A stretch of DNA of 41,685 bases from Betaproteobacteria bacterium. Lineage in GTDB: Bacteria > Pseudomonadota > Gammaproteobacteria > Burkholderiales > SG8-39. Below the pieces are notes generated by a model that ran no database searches, was not told the DNA's origin, and saw only the letters and a list, made by a program, of their open reading frames with translations. Below are positions 32,097-41,327 of this stretch, in pieces. The stretch covers positions 1 to 41,685 of the forward strand of contig JBQTJF010000261.1 of assembly GCA_052387375.1 (NCBI GenBank). Direction: 5' to 3'. How positions within the stretch are numbered: the first letter of the stretch is position 1; each line of letters begins with the position of its first letter. A program made the position numbers and the translations under genes.

Positions 32097-32675
32097 GTGC
32101 TGCGCTATCGCAACCTGCCGCCGCACCGCGTGCGCTTTTCCGCGGCCGGGCTGGAGATCGCGGTGACCGGCTCGGCCATGCCGTTGATCTATCCCCTGCC
32201 GCGCAAGCTGCAGGTCGCGGGCATTCGCGTCCAGGGCAGGGTCGAGGGAACATTGCGCCTTCCCGCCGAGCGCCAAGGCGAGAAGAGGTTCGATGACTAC
32301 GCCTTGCGCATCGGCCTGGTGGAGCCGGGCACGCGCACGCTGGGCTTCGTCGAGCGCCAGACCGCGCCGCGCTGGGTGCGCAAGCTCTACGAGCTGGCGC
32401 CGCCGGGCAGCGGCATCTCGCGCATTCATTTCTTCAATGTCGGCGCCACGGCGGCGCAGATCGGCCGCGCGCGGCAGCATCCGCAAAGCGACCTGATGCT
32501 GGAGAAAGTCGTGGCGTCACCGCGGGCGGACGGGCGCTTCGATTTCGCCTATCCGCTCGAGCGTCCGCTCGACACCGTGGCCATCTGGCTCAGCGCCGAC
32601 GGCGACGACACCGGATCCACGTTCACCGTCTTCGTCGAGCGCATCGAGCTGGCCTTGGCAAAGCGCCCGCGCTGA
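32097..32675 (+). CDS. DUF3047-like protein, probably 5'-truncated
   Basis: DDYALRI, W...DGDDTGS; no signal peptide or RBS. Confidence 0.5.
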   Translation: MLRYRNLPPHRVRFSAAGLEIAVTGSAMPLIYPLPRKLQVAGIRVQGRVEGTLRLPAERQGEKRFDDYALRIGLVEPGTRTLGFVERQTAPRWVRKLYELAPPGSGISRIHFFNVGATAAQIGRARQHPQSDLMLEKVVASPRADGRFDFAYPLERPLDTVAIWLSADGDDTGSTFTVFVERIELALAKRPR

Positions 32676-32680
32676 GGCAA

Positions 32681-32702
32681 AATGCTTCCGATCGGAAGCA
32701 TT
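32681..32702. repeat. 22-bp perfect palindrome, copy 3 (4 bp before the HTH gene)
   Basis: AATGCTTCCGATCGGAAGCATT. Confidence 0.95.
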
Positions 32703-32706
32703 CCTG

Positions 32707-32961
32707 GTGCCCACCCAGAGACCCGACTTCTTCTTCTGGACGAGCAGCGCCGAGCTCGGGCAGGCGGTGCTCGTCGCGCGCGAGGCCGCCGGCCTGACGC
32801 AGATCGAGCTCGCCGCCCAGGCCGGCGTCGGCCGCAAGTTCCTCTGGCAGCTCGAGCGCGGCAAGGGCACGCTGCGCATGGACAAGGTGATCCGCGTGCT
32901 CGACACGCTCGGCCTCATGCCGCTCATCGTGCCCAAGGAGCTGCTCGGCGCGCTGCGCTAG
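32707..32961 (+). CDS. HipB/Y4mF-like XRE HTH regulator (orphan)
   Basis: ELGQAV..AR...GLTQIELAAQAGVGRKFLWQLERGKGTLRMDKVIRVLDTLGL. Confidence 0.85.
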   Translation: MPTQRPDFFFWTSSAELGQAVLVAREAAGLTQIELAAQAGVGRKFLWQLERGKGTLRMDKVIRVLDTLGLMPLIVPKELLGALR

Positions 32962-33028
32962 ATCGACGAAATCCCGACACAAACGAGCGCTCCCAGCAGC
33001 GCGGGAACGGCCTTCACCGGCCGGTTCC

Positions 33029-33742
33029 TCATGCGCGCGCCGCTTTCGCCACGGCGAACGTTTCCGCGGTGCCCGGCGCGCGCAGCAGGATCGTGCCGTC
33101 CGCCGCGCCCGTCAGATAGGGCGCGTCGGCCATCGCCCGCCTGTTCGCGTCCCTGCCCACGAAAGCGAAGCGGAACGCGGGCCGGAAGTGCAACCGGCGG
33201 AAGGAGGCGAGCGACGCGTAGTTGCTCCTGACCACCAGGGTTACCAGCCCCTGGAATCGCGGCGTTGCGGCGAAGCTCTCCACGACGCGGGGGATCTGGC
33301 AGCGGTGCAGGTGCTGGCCGCGCCACTCCGGCAGCGTGAACGCCTTGAAGTGGTAAACCCATCTTTCGGGAAAGCGGAACACGAAGTCCGCATCGATGTG
33401 CGTCGCGAGACGCGAATTGAAGCTGTAGCTGACCAGCTTCGCCCCGGCGAACACGCCGATGCAGCAGTCGCCGCGCGCTTCTGCCTCGTCGGCGAAGCGC
33501 GCGCCGAGCTCGTAGGCGGGATCCGCGGCGCAGGCGCGGAGCTCCTCCGCTCCGAGCTGGCGGCACGAGAGGCCGCTCGGCATCGGCGCGCGCCGCGGCG
33601 CTGCGCTCGCCGGCAGCACGAATCCTTCGTAAGGCACGTAGCCCGAGACGCGTTGTGCCGCCCGCCAGGCGAGGTACTGCGCCGCCGCGCCGGCGCCGAA
33701 GCGCGCCGCCTGCCCGCCGACCTCGCGCAGAAATCCCAGCAT
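33029..33742 (-). CDS. Hypothetical protein, possibly GNAT-like
   Basis: KAFTLPEWRGQHL and NYASLASFRRL resemble GNAT motifs A and B; coupled to the upstream stop. Confidence 0.55.
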   Translation of the reverse strand: MLGFLREVGGQAARFGAGAAAQYLAWRAAQRVSGYVPYEGFVLPASAAPRRAPMPSGLSCRQLGAEELRACAADPAYELGARFADEAEARGDCCIGVFAGAKLVSYSFNSRLATHIDADFVFRFPERWVYHFKAFTLPEWRGQHLHRCQIPRVVESFAATPRFQGLVTLVVRSNYASLASFRRLHFRPAFRFAFVGRDANRRAMADAPYLTGAADGTILLRAPGTAETFAVAKAARA

Positions 33743-34194
33743 CAGTTCGCGCGCTCCATCCTGATCACGGTGAACTTGCCGACGACGACGTCGGCCGTGA
33801 ATCGCACCTTGTCGCCCGGCTGGCGTCGCTCGAGCAACGCGCGATCGACCACCTGGAAGCCCATCGTCATCGGTCCCATGCCGAGATTGCCGAGCGACCC
33901 GTGGCTGATCGTCACCTGCCCGGCGCTGCGGTCCACCGCGACGACCACGCCGTCGGTTAGCGCGCCCGGGTCTCCGCCATGGGCCGCGTGTTCGCCCGAG
34001 CGCTGTTCGGCCGCTGGCGGCGGCTTCGACATCCAGGCGAAGACGACGACGGCGAGGGCGAGCACCACGTCGAGCGGCACGGCGCCGCCCCGCAGCTTCT
34101 CCTCTACCATGCGCCGCACCGCCGCCTCGTCGGCAGATGCGCCGAACGAAGCTGCGGCGAACATCGCCGCCAGGATGACGCGAACTGATGTCAT
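33742..34194 (-). CDS. Chimeric DsbC-remnant / CusF-like copper-binding protein
   Basis: ADEAAVRRMVEEKLRG and GAVPL match the two ends of dsbC; then a TM helix and HGSLGNLGMGPMTMGF. Confidence 0.75.
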   Translation of the reverse strand: MTSVRVILAAMFAAASFGASADEAAVRRMVEEKLRGGAVPLDVVLALAVVVFAWMSKPPPAAEQRSGEHAAHGGDPGALTDGVVVAVDRSAGQVTISHGSLGNLGMGPMTMGFQVVDRALLERRQPGDKVRFTADVVVGKFTVIRMERAN

Positions 34195-34263
34195 GCCTAC
34201 CTCCGCTTCCTGAACGCCGCTCGACTTCCGCGGCATGCTTTCCGTCAAAGCTTCGGCTGGCGG

Positions 34264-34584
34264 CTATTCGCGGAGCTTGCGAAAGAGGATCGACAGAGAA
34301 ACCCGGGCGTGCGCCGACGCGCGATGAACGCCGAGCGCGGCGGGAGAGCTCGCCCGGCGCAAGGCCTGGCGAACCGCGGGGCCGAAGCTTGGCGGGCCGG
34401 CGTACGCGTTCGCAGCCATCGCACCAGACTCGCAGCTGCGCTCGAGGCAGACAGCATGGTGCGGCGCCGGCGCGGGACTGACCGCCGAGACGCCGGAGCC
34501 GGGCGCGGCCGCCGCAGATGCAGCGGCCGCTCCCGCGACGAGGAGCGCGGTCGCGATCAAGACAGAGGCGGCCAGCGAGCGCAT
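34264..34584 (-). CDS. Exported leader protein 3 (CutF-like, divergent)
   Basis: Signal peptide, HHAVCLERSC, C-terminal SLSILFRKLRE; its last codons are complementary to the next RBS. Confidence 0.6.
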   Translation of the reverse strand: MRSLAASVLIATALLVAGAAAASAAAAPGSGVSAVSPAPAPHHAVCLERSCESGAMAANAYAGPPSFGPAVRQALRRASSPAALGVHRASAHARVSLSILFRKLRE

Positions 34585-34619
34585 CAGCGCAGTATCGGAC
34601 ACCGCGATGGCGGCACGGT

Positions 34620-35645
34620 TCAGGGCCCGGGCAGCGTGCCCCGGGGCCGGGCGATCCGCTTCCAGCTCTTGCCTGCGTCGGCGCTCACGTATACGGCGCG
34701 CTCGAAACTGATCAGCGCGAGCTCCGCCCGGCGCACCGGGTTCTGCGCGATGTTCGCCACCGCATCGCGCCCGAACGGCGGCAGGGTAAGCGCGCTGCGG
34801 GCGCCGTTGTCGATGTCGACGCGGTAAAGGCCCGGCCGCATGCCTTCGAGCAGGCCCACCAGCAACGCATCCCCCTCGAGTAGGAAACGGGCGGTGGTGG
34901 CGCGCGTGCCCGCCAGCAATGGCGTGAACTCGTTGCCGCCATCGCGCGACAGGTACAGGCCCTCCGTGGCCGCGGCGGCAACCGTGCCGGATAGCGTCGG
35001 ATGCGCGGTCAGCATGCCGAGCTCGCCGCGCAGTCCGCGTCCCGCGGCGCCGCGCCAGCCGACGAGGCGATCGCCCGTCATGCGGTAAATGCCTGGACGC
35101 GGCATGAGCGGGTTCGGCTCGGCGTTGTACACATAGAGCGAGTTGCTGAAGTAACCCGCCGCGACGAAGTGAAACTCCGCCTGACCCTCGAGGCCGAGCC
35201 TCGTCCACGATCGCCCGCCGTCGGTGCTACGCATCAAGCCGAGGGGATTCGCGGCGCCGCGGCTCCCCGCCGCGTGCCCGCTCGTGAAGATGAAGTCCCG
35301 GGTGACCACGAATCCCATGTAGTCGTTTGCCGGCCCGGGCAGCGTCGACCAGCGCCCGGCGCTGTAAACCGCGATGCCGTGATGGTTCGGTATGAGGATG
35401 TTGCTGCCGTCGGCGCTGTAGCCCAGGCCGTGCGCGTGCCGCAATTCGATGAGGGCGTGCGCCGGCGCGGACAGCAGCAAAGCCAGGCTGGCGGGCAAGG
35501 CGACGGCAGCTCGGCACATCCTGGCCGCCTGGACCGGGCTGGTGCGACTTGTCTCCACGGCGATAGAAGCATACGCCTGCCGCCGAGACATGGCAGCGCT
35601 TGCGACAATCATTCGGAGTACGTGAAGGCTGGCTTGGATCGTCAT
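34620..35645 (-). CDS. F510_1955-like BNR/beta-propeller protein, copy B (start uncertain)
   Basis: HAHGL, DYMGF, SGH, STDGGRSW, SADAGKSW. Confidence 0.8.
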   Translation of the reverse strand: MTIQASLHVLRMIVASAAMSRRQAYASIAVETSRTSPVQAARMCRAAVALPASLALLLSAPAHALIELRHAHGLGYSADGSNILIPNHHGIAVYSAGRWSTLPGPANDYMGFVVTRDFIFTSGHAAGSRGAANPLGLMRSTDGGRSWTRLGLEGQAEFHFVAAGYFSNSLYVYNAEPNPLMPRPGIYRMTGDRLVGWRGAAGRGLRGELGMLTAHPTLSGTVAAAATEGLYLSRDGGNEFTPLLAGTRATTARFLLEGDALLVGLLEGMRPGLYRVDIDNGARSALTLPPFGRDAVANIAQNPVRRAELALISFERAVYVSADAGKSWKRIARPRGTLPGP

Positions 35646-36073
35646 TGCGCCGCCGTCTGAAACGTGAGATTGAGCCGCTCGCCGTTCAGCTCCACTTCGA
35701 GCAGCCAGCGGCCGGCCATGGAGAGCGGCGCGGCACCGTGCCACGAGCCGCTCTCGTCCCTGAGCAGAGCCACCCGCTCGGGCGTCATGGTCATGTCGAG
35801 CATGCGCAGCACCGCGGTCGGCGCGCCCGGCGGCGCGATCGGCCGGCCCTGCAGGTCGTTCGCCGATACGGTGACCGCCACCATGCCCCGCTCGGCGGGC
35901 GCAGCCCGCGCGGCGAGCTTCCAGTCGCCGCCGGCCCGCGCGAAGCGGATCTCGCCCGAGACCGGCAGGGCTTCGGGCGAGGCGGGCGGGCGCAACACGG
36001 CCCAGAGAAATATCGCGATGACGGCAAACGACGCCGCGAAGATCGTCGTTGCTGCCCAGCGCCCGGCGCTCAC
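35642..36073 (-). CDS. FixH/YtkA-like membrane-anchored protein
   Basis: TM helix, MLDMTM, LSMAGRWLLEV. Confidence 0.65.
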   Translation of the reverse strand: MSAGRWAATTIFAASFAVIAIFLWAVLRPPASPEALPVSGEIRFARAGGDWKLAARAAPAERGMVAVTVSANDLQGRPIAPPGAPTAVLRMLDMTMTPERVALLRDESGSWHGAAPLSMAGRWLLEVELNGERLNLTFQTAAQ

Positions 36074-37272
36074 CGGCTGCCTCGCGGAAACGACTCGGGC
36101 AGCGCGACGGCGGCGCCACGTACCGGGCCTTCGTAGGCGATCTTCCAGGTTCCATCCTGCTCGATCCAGTACTGGCGCTTGAGCGTGCGCTGCGAGAGAT
36201 TGCTCGAGCGGTACTCCTGGTCGAACGTGACCGCGACCGGTCCGCCGCGCGCTGCGCTGCGCAGCACGCTCAGGTTCTCGAGCCTGACCTTGATCCATTT
36301 CTTGCCTGCGTTGACGCGCCGCTTGTGCGCGCTCCAAGCCCCGAGATCCATCGGCCCGGAGCGGAAGGAAGGGGCGTAGTGCGCGAGGTATCTTTCCGCG
36401 TCCAGGCTTTCCCAGTCGCTGCGCCACGCCTCGAGCCGCTCGAGGAAACGCGCGCGCTCGCGCCGCCAGGCGTCCTCGTCCAGCCATTCGACCCGCTCGG
36501 CGATGATCACCGGCGTCACGCCGGGACGCACGCGCTTCGCCAGGCGCTCGATATCTGGATTGGCGAGCGCGACGCAGCCATCGCTCGCCCAGGGCGCACG
36601 CGCGTAGGTGTCGGAAGGCACGCCATGCAGCCAGATGCCGTAGCCGGTCCTGCCGGCGATGCGGTCCCACTCGTTCGGATAATCGATCGGCAGCGCGCCC
36701 CAGCCGTACAGGTCGGGCAGCTTCGCCCCCGGGATCATCGAGGTGACGCGGTACACCCCGAGCGGAGTCTTGCGGTCGCCTTCGCGCAGCTTGTCGATGC
36801 CGTTTTTCCCCAGGGTCGTGTAGTAGTCCTCGACCAGGCGCGGCACGCCGTTGGCGTTCTCGAAGAGGAAGACACGCCAGCGGCTTGCGTCCACCACCAC
36901 CGCGTGCGTCTGTGTAGGCGCGAGCTGGAGCACGAACGCGGGTACGCCATCCGCCGGCGGCGGCGCATGGTACGCGCGCAGCCGCGCCGCCGCTTCGGCG
37001 CGCAGCTCCTCGAGGCGCTCGCCGCGTGCATGGCCGGTATCGCCAACCCCGCCGAGCGCTCGCGTGCGGGCGAGCAAGACGTCGCCGCGCACGAGATGGG
37101 CGAGCCTGAAGTTGGGGTGCTGTCCGATGAGGCGATCGACCGCCTCGAGCGCCTGCCCGGTCCGCCCGGCAGCGATCTGCTCGAGCACCTCGCGCAGCTG
37201 GACGTCGGCCTCGGTGGCCGAAGCCGCTGGCGCCAAGGCGGCGATGGCGAGGGCGGCGAGGAGGCGCCTCAT
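36070..37272 (-). CDS. L,D-transpeptidase family protein (YkuD domain plus NTF2-like C-terminus)
   Basis: KLREGDRKTPLGVY, GIWLHG...ASDGCV, FDQEYRS..KRQYW. Confidence 0.9.
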   Translation of the reverse strand: MRRLLAALAIAALAPAASATEADVQLREVLEQIAAGRTGQALEAVDRLIGQHPNFRLAHLVRGDVLLARTRALGGVGDTGHARGERLEELRAEAAARLRAYHAPPPADGVPAFVLQLAPTQTHAVVVDASRWRVFLFENANGVPRLVEDYYTTLGKNGIDKLREGDRKTPLGVYRVTSMIPGAKLPDLYGWGALPIDYPNEWDRIAGRTGYGIWLHGVPSDTYARAPWASDGCVALANPDIERLAKRVRPGVTPVIIAERVEWLDEDAWRRERARFLERLEAWRSDWESLDAERYLAHYAPSFRSGPMDLGAWSAHKRRVNAGKKWIKVRLENLSVLRSAARGGPVAVTFDQEYRSSNLSQRTLKRQYWIEQDGTWKIAYEGPVRGAAVALPESFPRGSR

Positions 37273-37281
37273 CGCGGGCCG

Positions 37282-37569
37282 CTACTTCGCCGGCTCGATC
37301 TTTGTCACAGTGAGGGCGCTCCCGACCTTCTCGGCCTGGAACTTCACCTTGTCGCCAGGCTTGACCTGATCGAGCATCGCCGGGTCCTTGACTCGGAAGA
37401 CCATGGTCATCGGCGGCATGTCCAGGTTGGCGAGCGGCCCGTGCTTGATGGTGATCTTCTTCGCGCTCTTGTCGACCTTGCGGATTTCTCCGTCGCTCAG
37501 GGTGGCCTGCTGCGCGATCGCCGGCGCGGCGAGCGCAAGCGCAAGAACGATCGTAGCGAGCATCTTCAT
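37282..37569 (-). CDS. cusF: CusF-family periplasmic copper chaperone
   Basis: Signal peptide, ITIKHGPLANLDMPPMTMVF, GDKVKF. Confidence 0.9.
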   Translation of the reverse strand: MKMLATIVLALALAAPAIAQQATLSDGEIRKVDKSAKKITIKHGPLANLDMPPMTMVFRVKDPAMLDQVKPGDKVKFQAEKVGSALTVTKIEPAK

Positions 37570-37598
37570 GGCGAGTCTCCTTGGGTCGATGGTTTGGC

Positions 37599-38159
37599 CT
37601 ACTGCACCGTGATCTTGGCGATCATGCCCGCCTCCATGTGGCCCGGGATCAGGCAGGCGTAGTGGAGTTCCCCGGCGCGCGTGAACTGCCAGACGACCTC
37701 GCCTTGCTTGCCCGGCGCGACGTGTGCCATGTAGGCCTCGTCGTGCTCCATGCCGGGAAACTTGCGCATCAGCTCGGCGTGCTGTTTCAGCTGCTCCATG
37801 CTGCCGATCACCATCTCGTGCATGACTTTGCCGTCGTTGCGCACCAGGAAGCGGACCGTTTCGCCCTTCTTCACCACGATGTCGGCGGGCATGGCGTGCG
37901 GAGTATTGCCCGCGCGCACGTCGCTGGTGCGTTCGGCTGCGACTACCGCGAACCGCATGGTGTCCTGCATCCCGACGCGGATGGTGCGATCGATCCTCTT
38001 CGGGTTTCCAGCCTTCCCGAAGGGCATTTCCTCCGTCTTCGAGTAGTCGATAGCCTTAGGTTCCCCGTGCCCGCTGTCGCCATGCCCGAAGGCAGCCGGG
38101 ACGAGCGACAGCAGCGAGACGGCCACCGCGGCGGCCAGGAAGGGTCTTGCGTGGTGCAT
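37599..38159 (-). CDS. Cupredoxin (CopI-like)
   Basis: HEMVIG, M/H-rich loop, CLIPGHMEAGM. Confidence 0.9.
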   Translation of the reverse strand: MHHARPFLAAAVAVSLLSLVPAAFGHGDSGHGEPKAIDYSKTEEMPFGKAGNPKRIDRTIRVGMQDTMRFAVVAAERTSDVRAGNTPHAMPADIVVKKGETVRFLVRNDGKVMHEMVIGSMEQLKQHAELMRKFPGMEHDEAYMAHVAPGKQGEVVWQFTRAGELHYACLIPGHMEAGMIAKITVQ

Positions 38160-38208
38160 TGCACTTGCTCCTTTCGAGAAGAAAACAACAAAGAAACATT
38201 CGAGCCGA

Positions 38209-39579
38209 TCAATGGCCGACATGGCCCGCAGGCTTTTTCGCGCGCAGCGCCGGGGCCTTTTCGCCCGCCGCCGCAGGTTGCTGGCGCGCCGGCGGCGGCG
38301 CCTCGCCCGTCCATTCGTACGCGACGGTGCCGCGCGGGTGTCGATACCAGCCCGGGTCCTTGTAGTCGTTGCGCGCGAGGCCCGCGCGCACCTTGACGAC
38401 CGTGAACATGCCGCCCATCTCCAGCGCGCCGAAGGGGCCCTCGCCGCTCATCATCGGCAGCGTGTTGTCGGGAAGCGGCATCTCGTGCGGCATCGAGCCG
38501 CCGGTATGCCCCATGACCATGTAGTCGGGCACGAGGCGGTTGATCTTCTCCACCAGGCCGCGGTGATCCACCCCGATCATGGTCGGCACGTCGTGGCCCA
38601 TGGCGTTCATCACGTGGTGGGACTTGTGGCAATGGAAGGCCCAGTCGCCCGGGTTGTCGGCGACGAACTCGATGGCGCGGATCGCGCCGACCGGCACGTC
38701 GACCGTAGTTTCGGGCCAGCGCGCGCTCTTCGGCACCCAGCCGCCGTCGGTCAGCGCGACCGCGAAATCGTGGCCGTGGATGTGGATCGGATGGGCGGTC
38801 ATGGTCAGGTTGGCGATGCGAATGCGCACCCGGTCGCCCTTGCGCACCGGCAGGTGGTCGATGCCCGGGAAGACGCGGCTGTTCCACGTCCAGAGGTTGA
38901 ACTCCAGCATTTCAGCCACCTTTGGCGTGTGCGCGCCGGGCGCGATCTCGTAGGCCGCCATGACGAAGGCGAAGTCGCGGTCGACCGGGGCGAACTTCGC
39001 GTCGCGCGGATGCACGACCAGCGAGCCCATCATGCCCATCGCCATCTGCACCATCTCGTCGGCGTGCGGGTGGTACATGAAGGTGCCCGACTTCGGCATC
39101 TGGAACTCGTAGACGAAGGTCTTGCCCGGCGTGATGTGCGGCTGGGTGAGGCCGCCGACGCCGTCCATGCCGTTCGGCACGAGGATGCCGTGCCAGTGGA
39201 TCGTAGTGTGCTCGGGCAGGCGGTTGGTGACGAAGATGCGCACGCGGTCGCCCTCCACGCACTCGATCGTCGGCCCCGGCGACTGGCCGTTGTAGCCCCA
39301 CAGGTTCGCGGTCATGCCGGGCGCGATCTCGCGGCGCACCGGCTCGGCGACGAGGTGGAACTCCTTCCATCCGTTGTTCATGCGCCAGGGCAGCGACCAG
39401 CCGTTCAGCGTGACTACGGGGTTGTACGGCCGCCCGGTAGCGGGAAAAAGGGGCGGGGCGGCCTCGGCCGTCTCGCGCATCGGGGCTTCCGGAAGCGACG
39501 CGGCACCGACTCTGGACACCAGAGCCGCGCCGAAAAATCCTGCCGCCGAGCCCGCCAGGAACTTCCTTCGAGAATTCAT
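38209..39579 (-). CDS. Tat-exported two-domain-type multicopper oxidase
   Basis: SRRKFL, HWHG, MYHPH, HPIHIHGH, HCHKSHHVMNAMGH. Confidence 0.93.
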   Translation of the reverse strand: MNSRRKFLAGSAAGFFGAALVSRVGAASLPEAPMRETAEAAPPLFPATGRPYNPVVTLNGWSLPWRMNNGWKEFHLVAEPVRREIAPGMTANLWGYNGQSPGPTIECVEGDRVRIFVTNRLPEHTTIHWHGILVPNGMDGVGGLTQPHITPGKTFVYEFQMPKSGTFMYHPHADEMVQMAMGMMGSLVVHPRDAKFAPVDRDFAFVMAAYEIAPGAHTPKVAEMLEFNLWTWNSRVFPGIDHLPVRKGDRVRIRIANLTMTAHPIHIHGHDFAVALTDGGWVPKSARWPETTVDVPVGAIRAIEFVADNPGDWAFHCHKSHHVMNAMGHDVPTMIGVDHRGLVEKINRLVPDYMVMGHTGGSMPHEMPLPDNTLPMMSGEGPFGALEMGGMFTVVKVRAGLARNDYKDPGWYRHPRGTVAYEWTGEAPPPARQQPAAAGEKAPALRAKKPAGHVGH

Positions 39580-39580
39580 T

Positions 39581-40978
39581 TCAATGTCCTCCGCCGCCGG
39601 GGGAAGCGGGCGCTTCCGACGCGGCTCTCGTGAGTTGCATCGCCCCGGGCGAGCGCCCGGTGAGCGCCATCTGCAGGTCCGATTCGGCCAGCCAGTAGTC
39701 GCGCAGCGATTCGATGGACGCGTTCACCGCCGCAACCTGCTCGCGCGAGTCGGCGAGCAGCTCGAACACGCTCGCCAGCATGCCGTTGTAGCGCAGCAGC
39801 ATCTCGTCGGATATGCGCCTGCGCAGCGGCACGATCTCGTCGCGGTAGTGCCGCGCCAGGTCGAAAGCGGTGCGGTAGGCGCCGTAGGCCTCGCGCACCT
39901 CGGATCGCGCCTGGACGGCGGCCTGCGCGGCACGGTTCACCGCCTGCATATACTGGCGCTCCGCCCGTGCGTTGCGCGCGGTGCCGAAGTCGAAGATCGG
40001 GATGCCGATCTCCAACTCCCAGCCGCGCTGGCGCGGCCGGTCGGTTTCGCTGTTGCTCAGCGCCCCGAGCTCGAGCAAGCTCACGTAGCGCGTCACCCTG
40101 GTGAGGCCGAGCGAGCGCGCGAGCGCCTCCGCATCGCGCTTCGCCCCTTGCACATCCAGGCGCTGCGCCATCGCCTGCGCTTCCAGGTCGCGCGCCTCGC
40201 GCGGCTCGGCGGGCAGCTCGAGCAGCCGCTCGGGCAGCCGGAACGCCAGATCCTCGCCCCACAACCCCAGCAGCCGGGTGAGGCGCTCGCGCGCCGCGCG
40301 CTCGCCATGCTGCGCGCGCGCGAGCTGCGCGGTGGCCTCGGCGTAGAACGCCTGCTCGCGCGCCTGGTCGAGCTTGGAGAAGTTGCCGACCTCCGCCATA
40401 CGGCGCGCAAGGTCAGCGCTCGCCTCCGCCGCCTCTTTCACCTGCGCGGCGTACTTCGCGCCTTCCTGCGCCGCCACGGCGGCAAACCAGGCCTTGCGCG
40501 CATCGAGCGCCACGCCGAGCGCCTCGGAGGCGGTGCGGCTCCGCACCGCCTCCAGGCGCGCCTCTTCGGCGCGCACCGACAGCGGGATGCTGAGCAGGCC
40601 GAGCACGTCGAAGAAGACGCTGCGCTCGTACTCCGTTTCGTCGCCGCGACGCAGCCGCGCGAAGGAGAAGGTGGGCCCGCGCCAGCGGCTCGCCTGCACG
40701 AGCTCGGCCTCCGCGATGCCGACCTCGGCGTAGCTCGCCTGCAGGCCGGGGTTGTTCAGCAGCGCGGTCTCGACCGCGCTCTGCGGGCTAAGCGGCTGTG
40801 CGAGCAGCTCCTTCACCCGCGCACGCACCGAATCGGCTTCGTTCTCGGAGCGCACCCACTTGGGCTGCGCGCCGATGCGCTCCTGCACCGCCTGCTCGAC
40901 CGGGGAGAACCCGGCATCCGGCGTGAGCGACTTGCAGCCGGCGAGAATAATGACCGCGCCCGCGGCAAAGCGCCTCAT
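39581..40978 (-). CDS. TolC-family outer-membrane lipoprotein
   Basis: LAGC lipobox, ALLNNPGLQA, IPIFDFG, RYNGMLASVFELL. Confidence 0.9.
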   Translation of the reverse strand: MRRFAAGAVIILAGCKSLTPDAGFSPVEQAVQERIGAQPKWVRSENEADSVRARVKELLAQPLSPQSAVETALLNNPGLQASYAEVGIAEAELVQASRWRGPTFSFARLRRGDETEYERSVFFDVLGLLSIPLSVRAEEARLEAVRSRTASEALGVALDARKAWFAAVAAQEGAKYAAQVKEAAEASADLARRMAEVGNFSKLDQAREQAFYAEATAQLARAQHGERAARERLTRLLGLWGEDLAFRLPERLLELPAEPREARDLEAQAMAQRLDVQGAKRDAEALARSLGLTRVTRYVSLLELGALSNSETDRPRQRGWELEIGIPIFDFGTARNARAERQYMQAVNRAAQAAVQARSEVREAYGAYRTAFDLARHYRDEIVPLRRRISDEMLLRYNGMLASVFELLADSREQVAAVNASIESLRDYWLAESDLQMALTGRSPGAMQLTRAASEAPASPGGGGH

Positions 40979-41253
40979 TTGTGGCCCCCATGCGCGCCCG
41001 GCTGGGCCTCGCGCGGTTCGCGCGCGCCGCCCGGCTCGCGCGGGCTTTCCGTCTTGCCGCCGGCGACTCGCTCATTCGCCGCCCGCCACGAAGCGAGCTC
41101 GGGCTCTGCGTAGGGCCGGTAGGCCTCGAAAGCCGAGCGATATTCGACGCGCGGCGCGTCGGCCTTCGGATCCCTCGGATCGGGCCGCTTTTCCTGCGCG
41201 GCCGCGGCGCCCGCGGCAGAAACCGCGAGAAGAAAACAAATGCTTTTTCGCAT
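40975..41253 (-). CDS. Small exported protein of TolC-MCO copper operons
   Basis: Signal peptide, YRSAFEAYRPY...WRAANERV. Confidence 0.75.
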   Translation of the reverse strand: MRKSICFLLAVSAAGAAAAQEKRPDPRDPKADAPRVEYRSAFEAYRPYAEPELASWRAANERVAGGKTESPREPGGAREPREAQPGAHGGHK

Positions 41254-41327
41254 GACTCACTCGACTGCGACGTGCGCGCGAAAGCGCGCGAAACGGCGCG
41301 CACGCGGCGCGCCGGCTCAGTCAGAGG

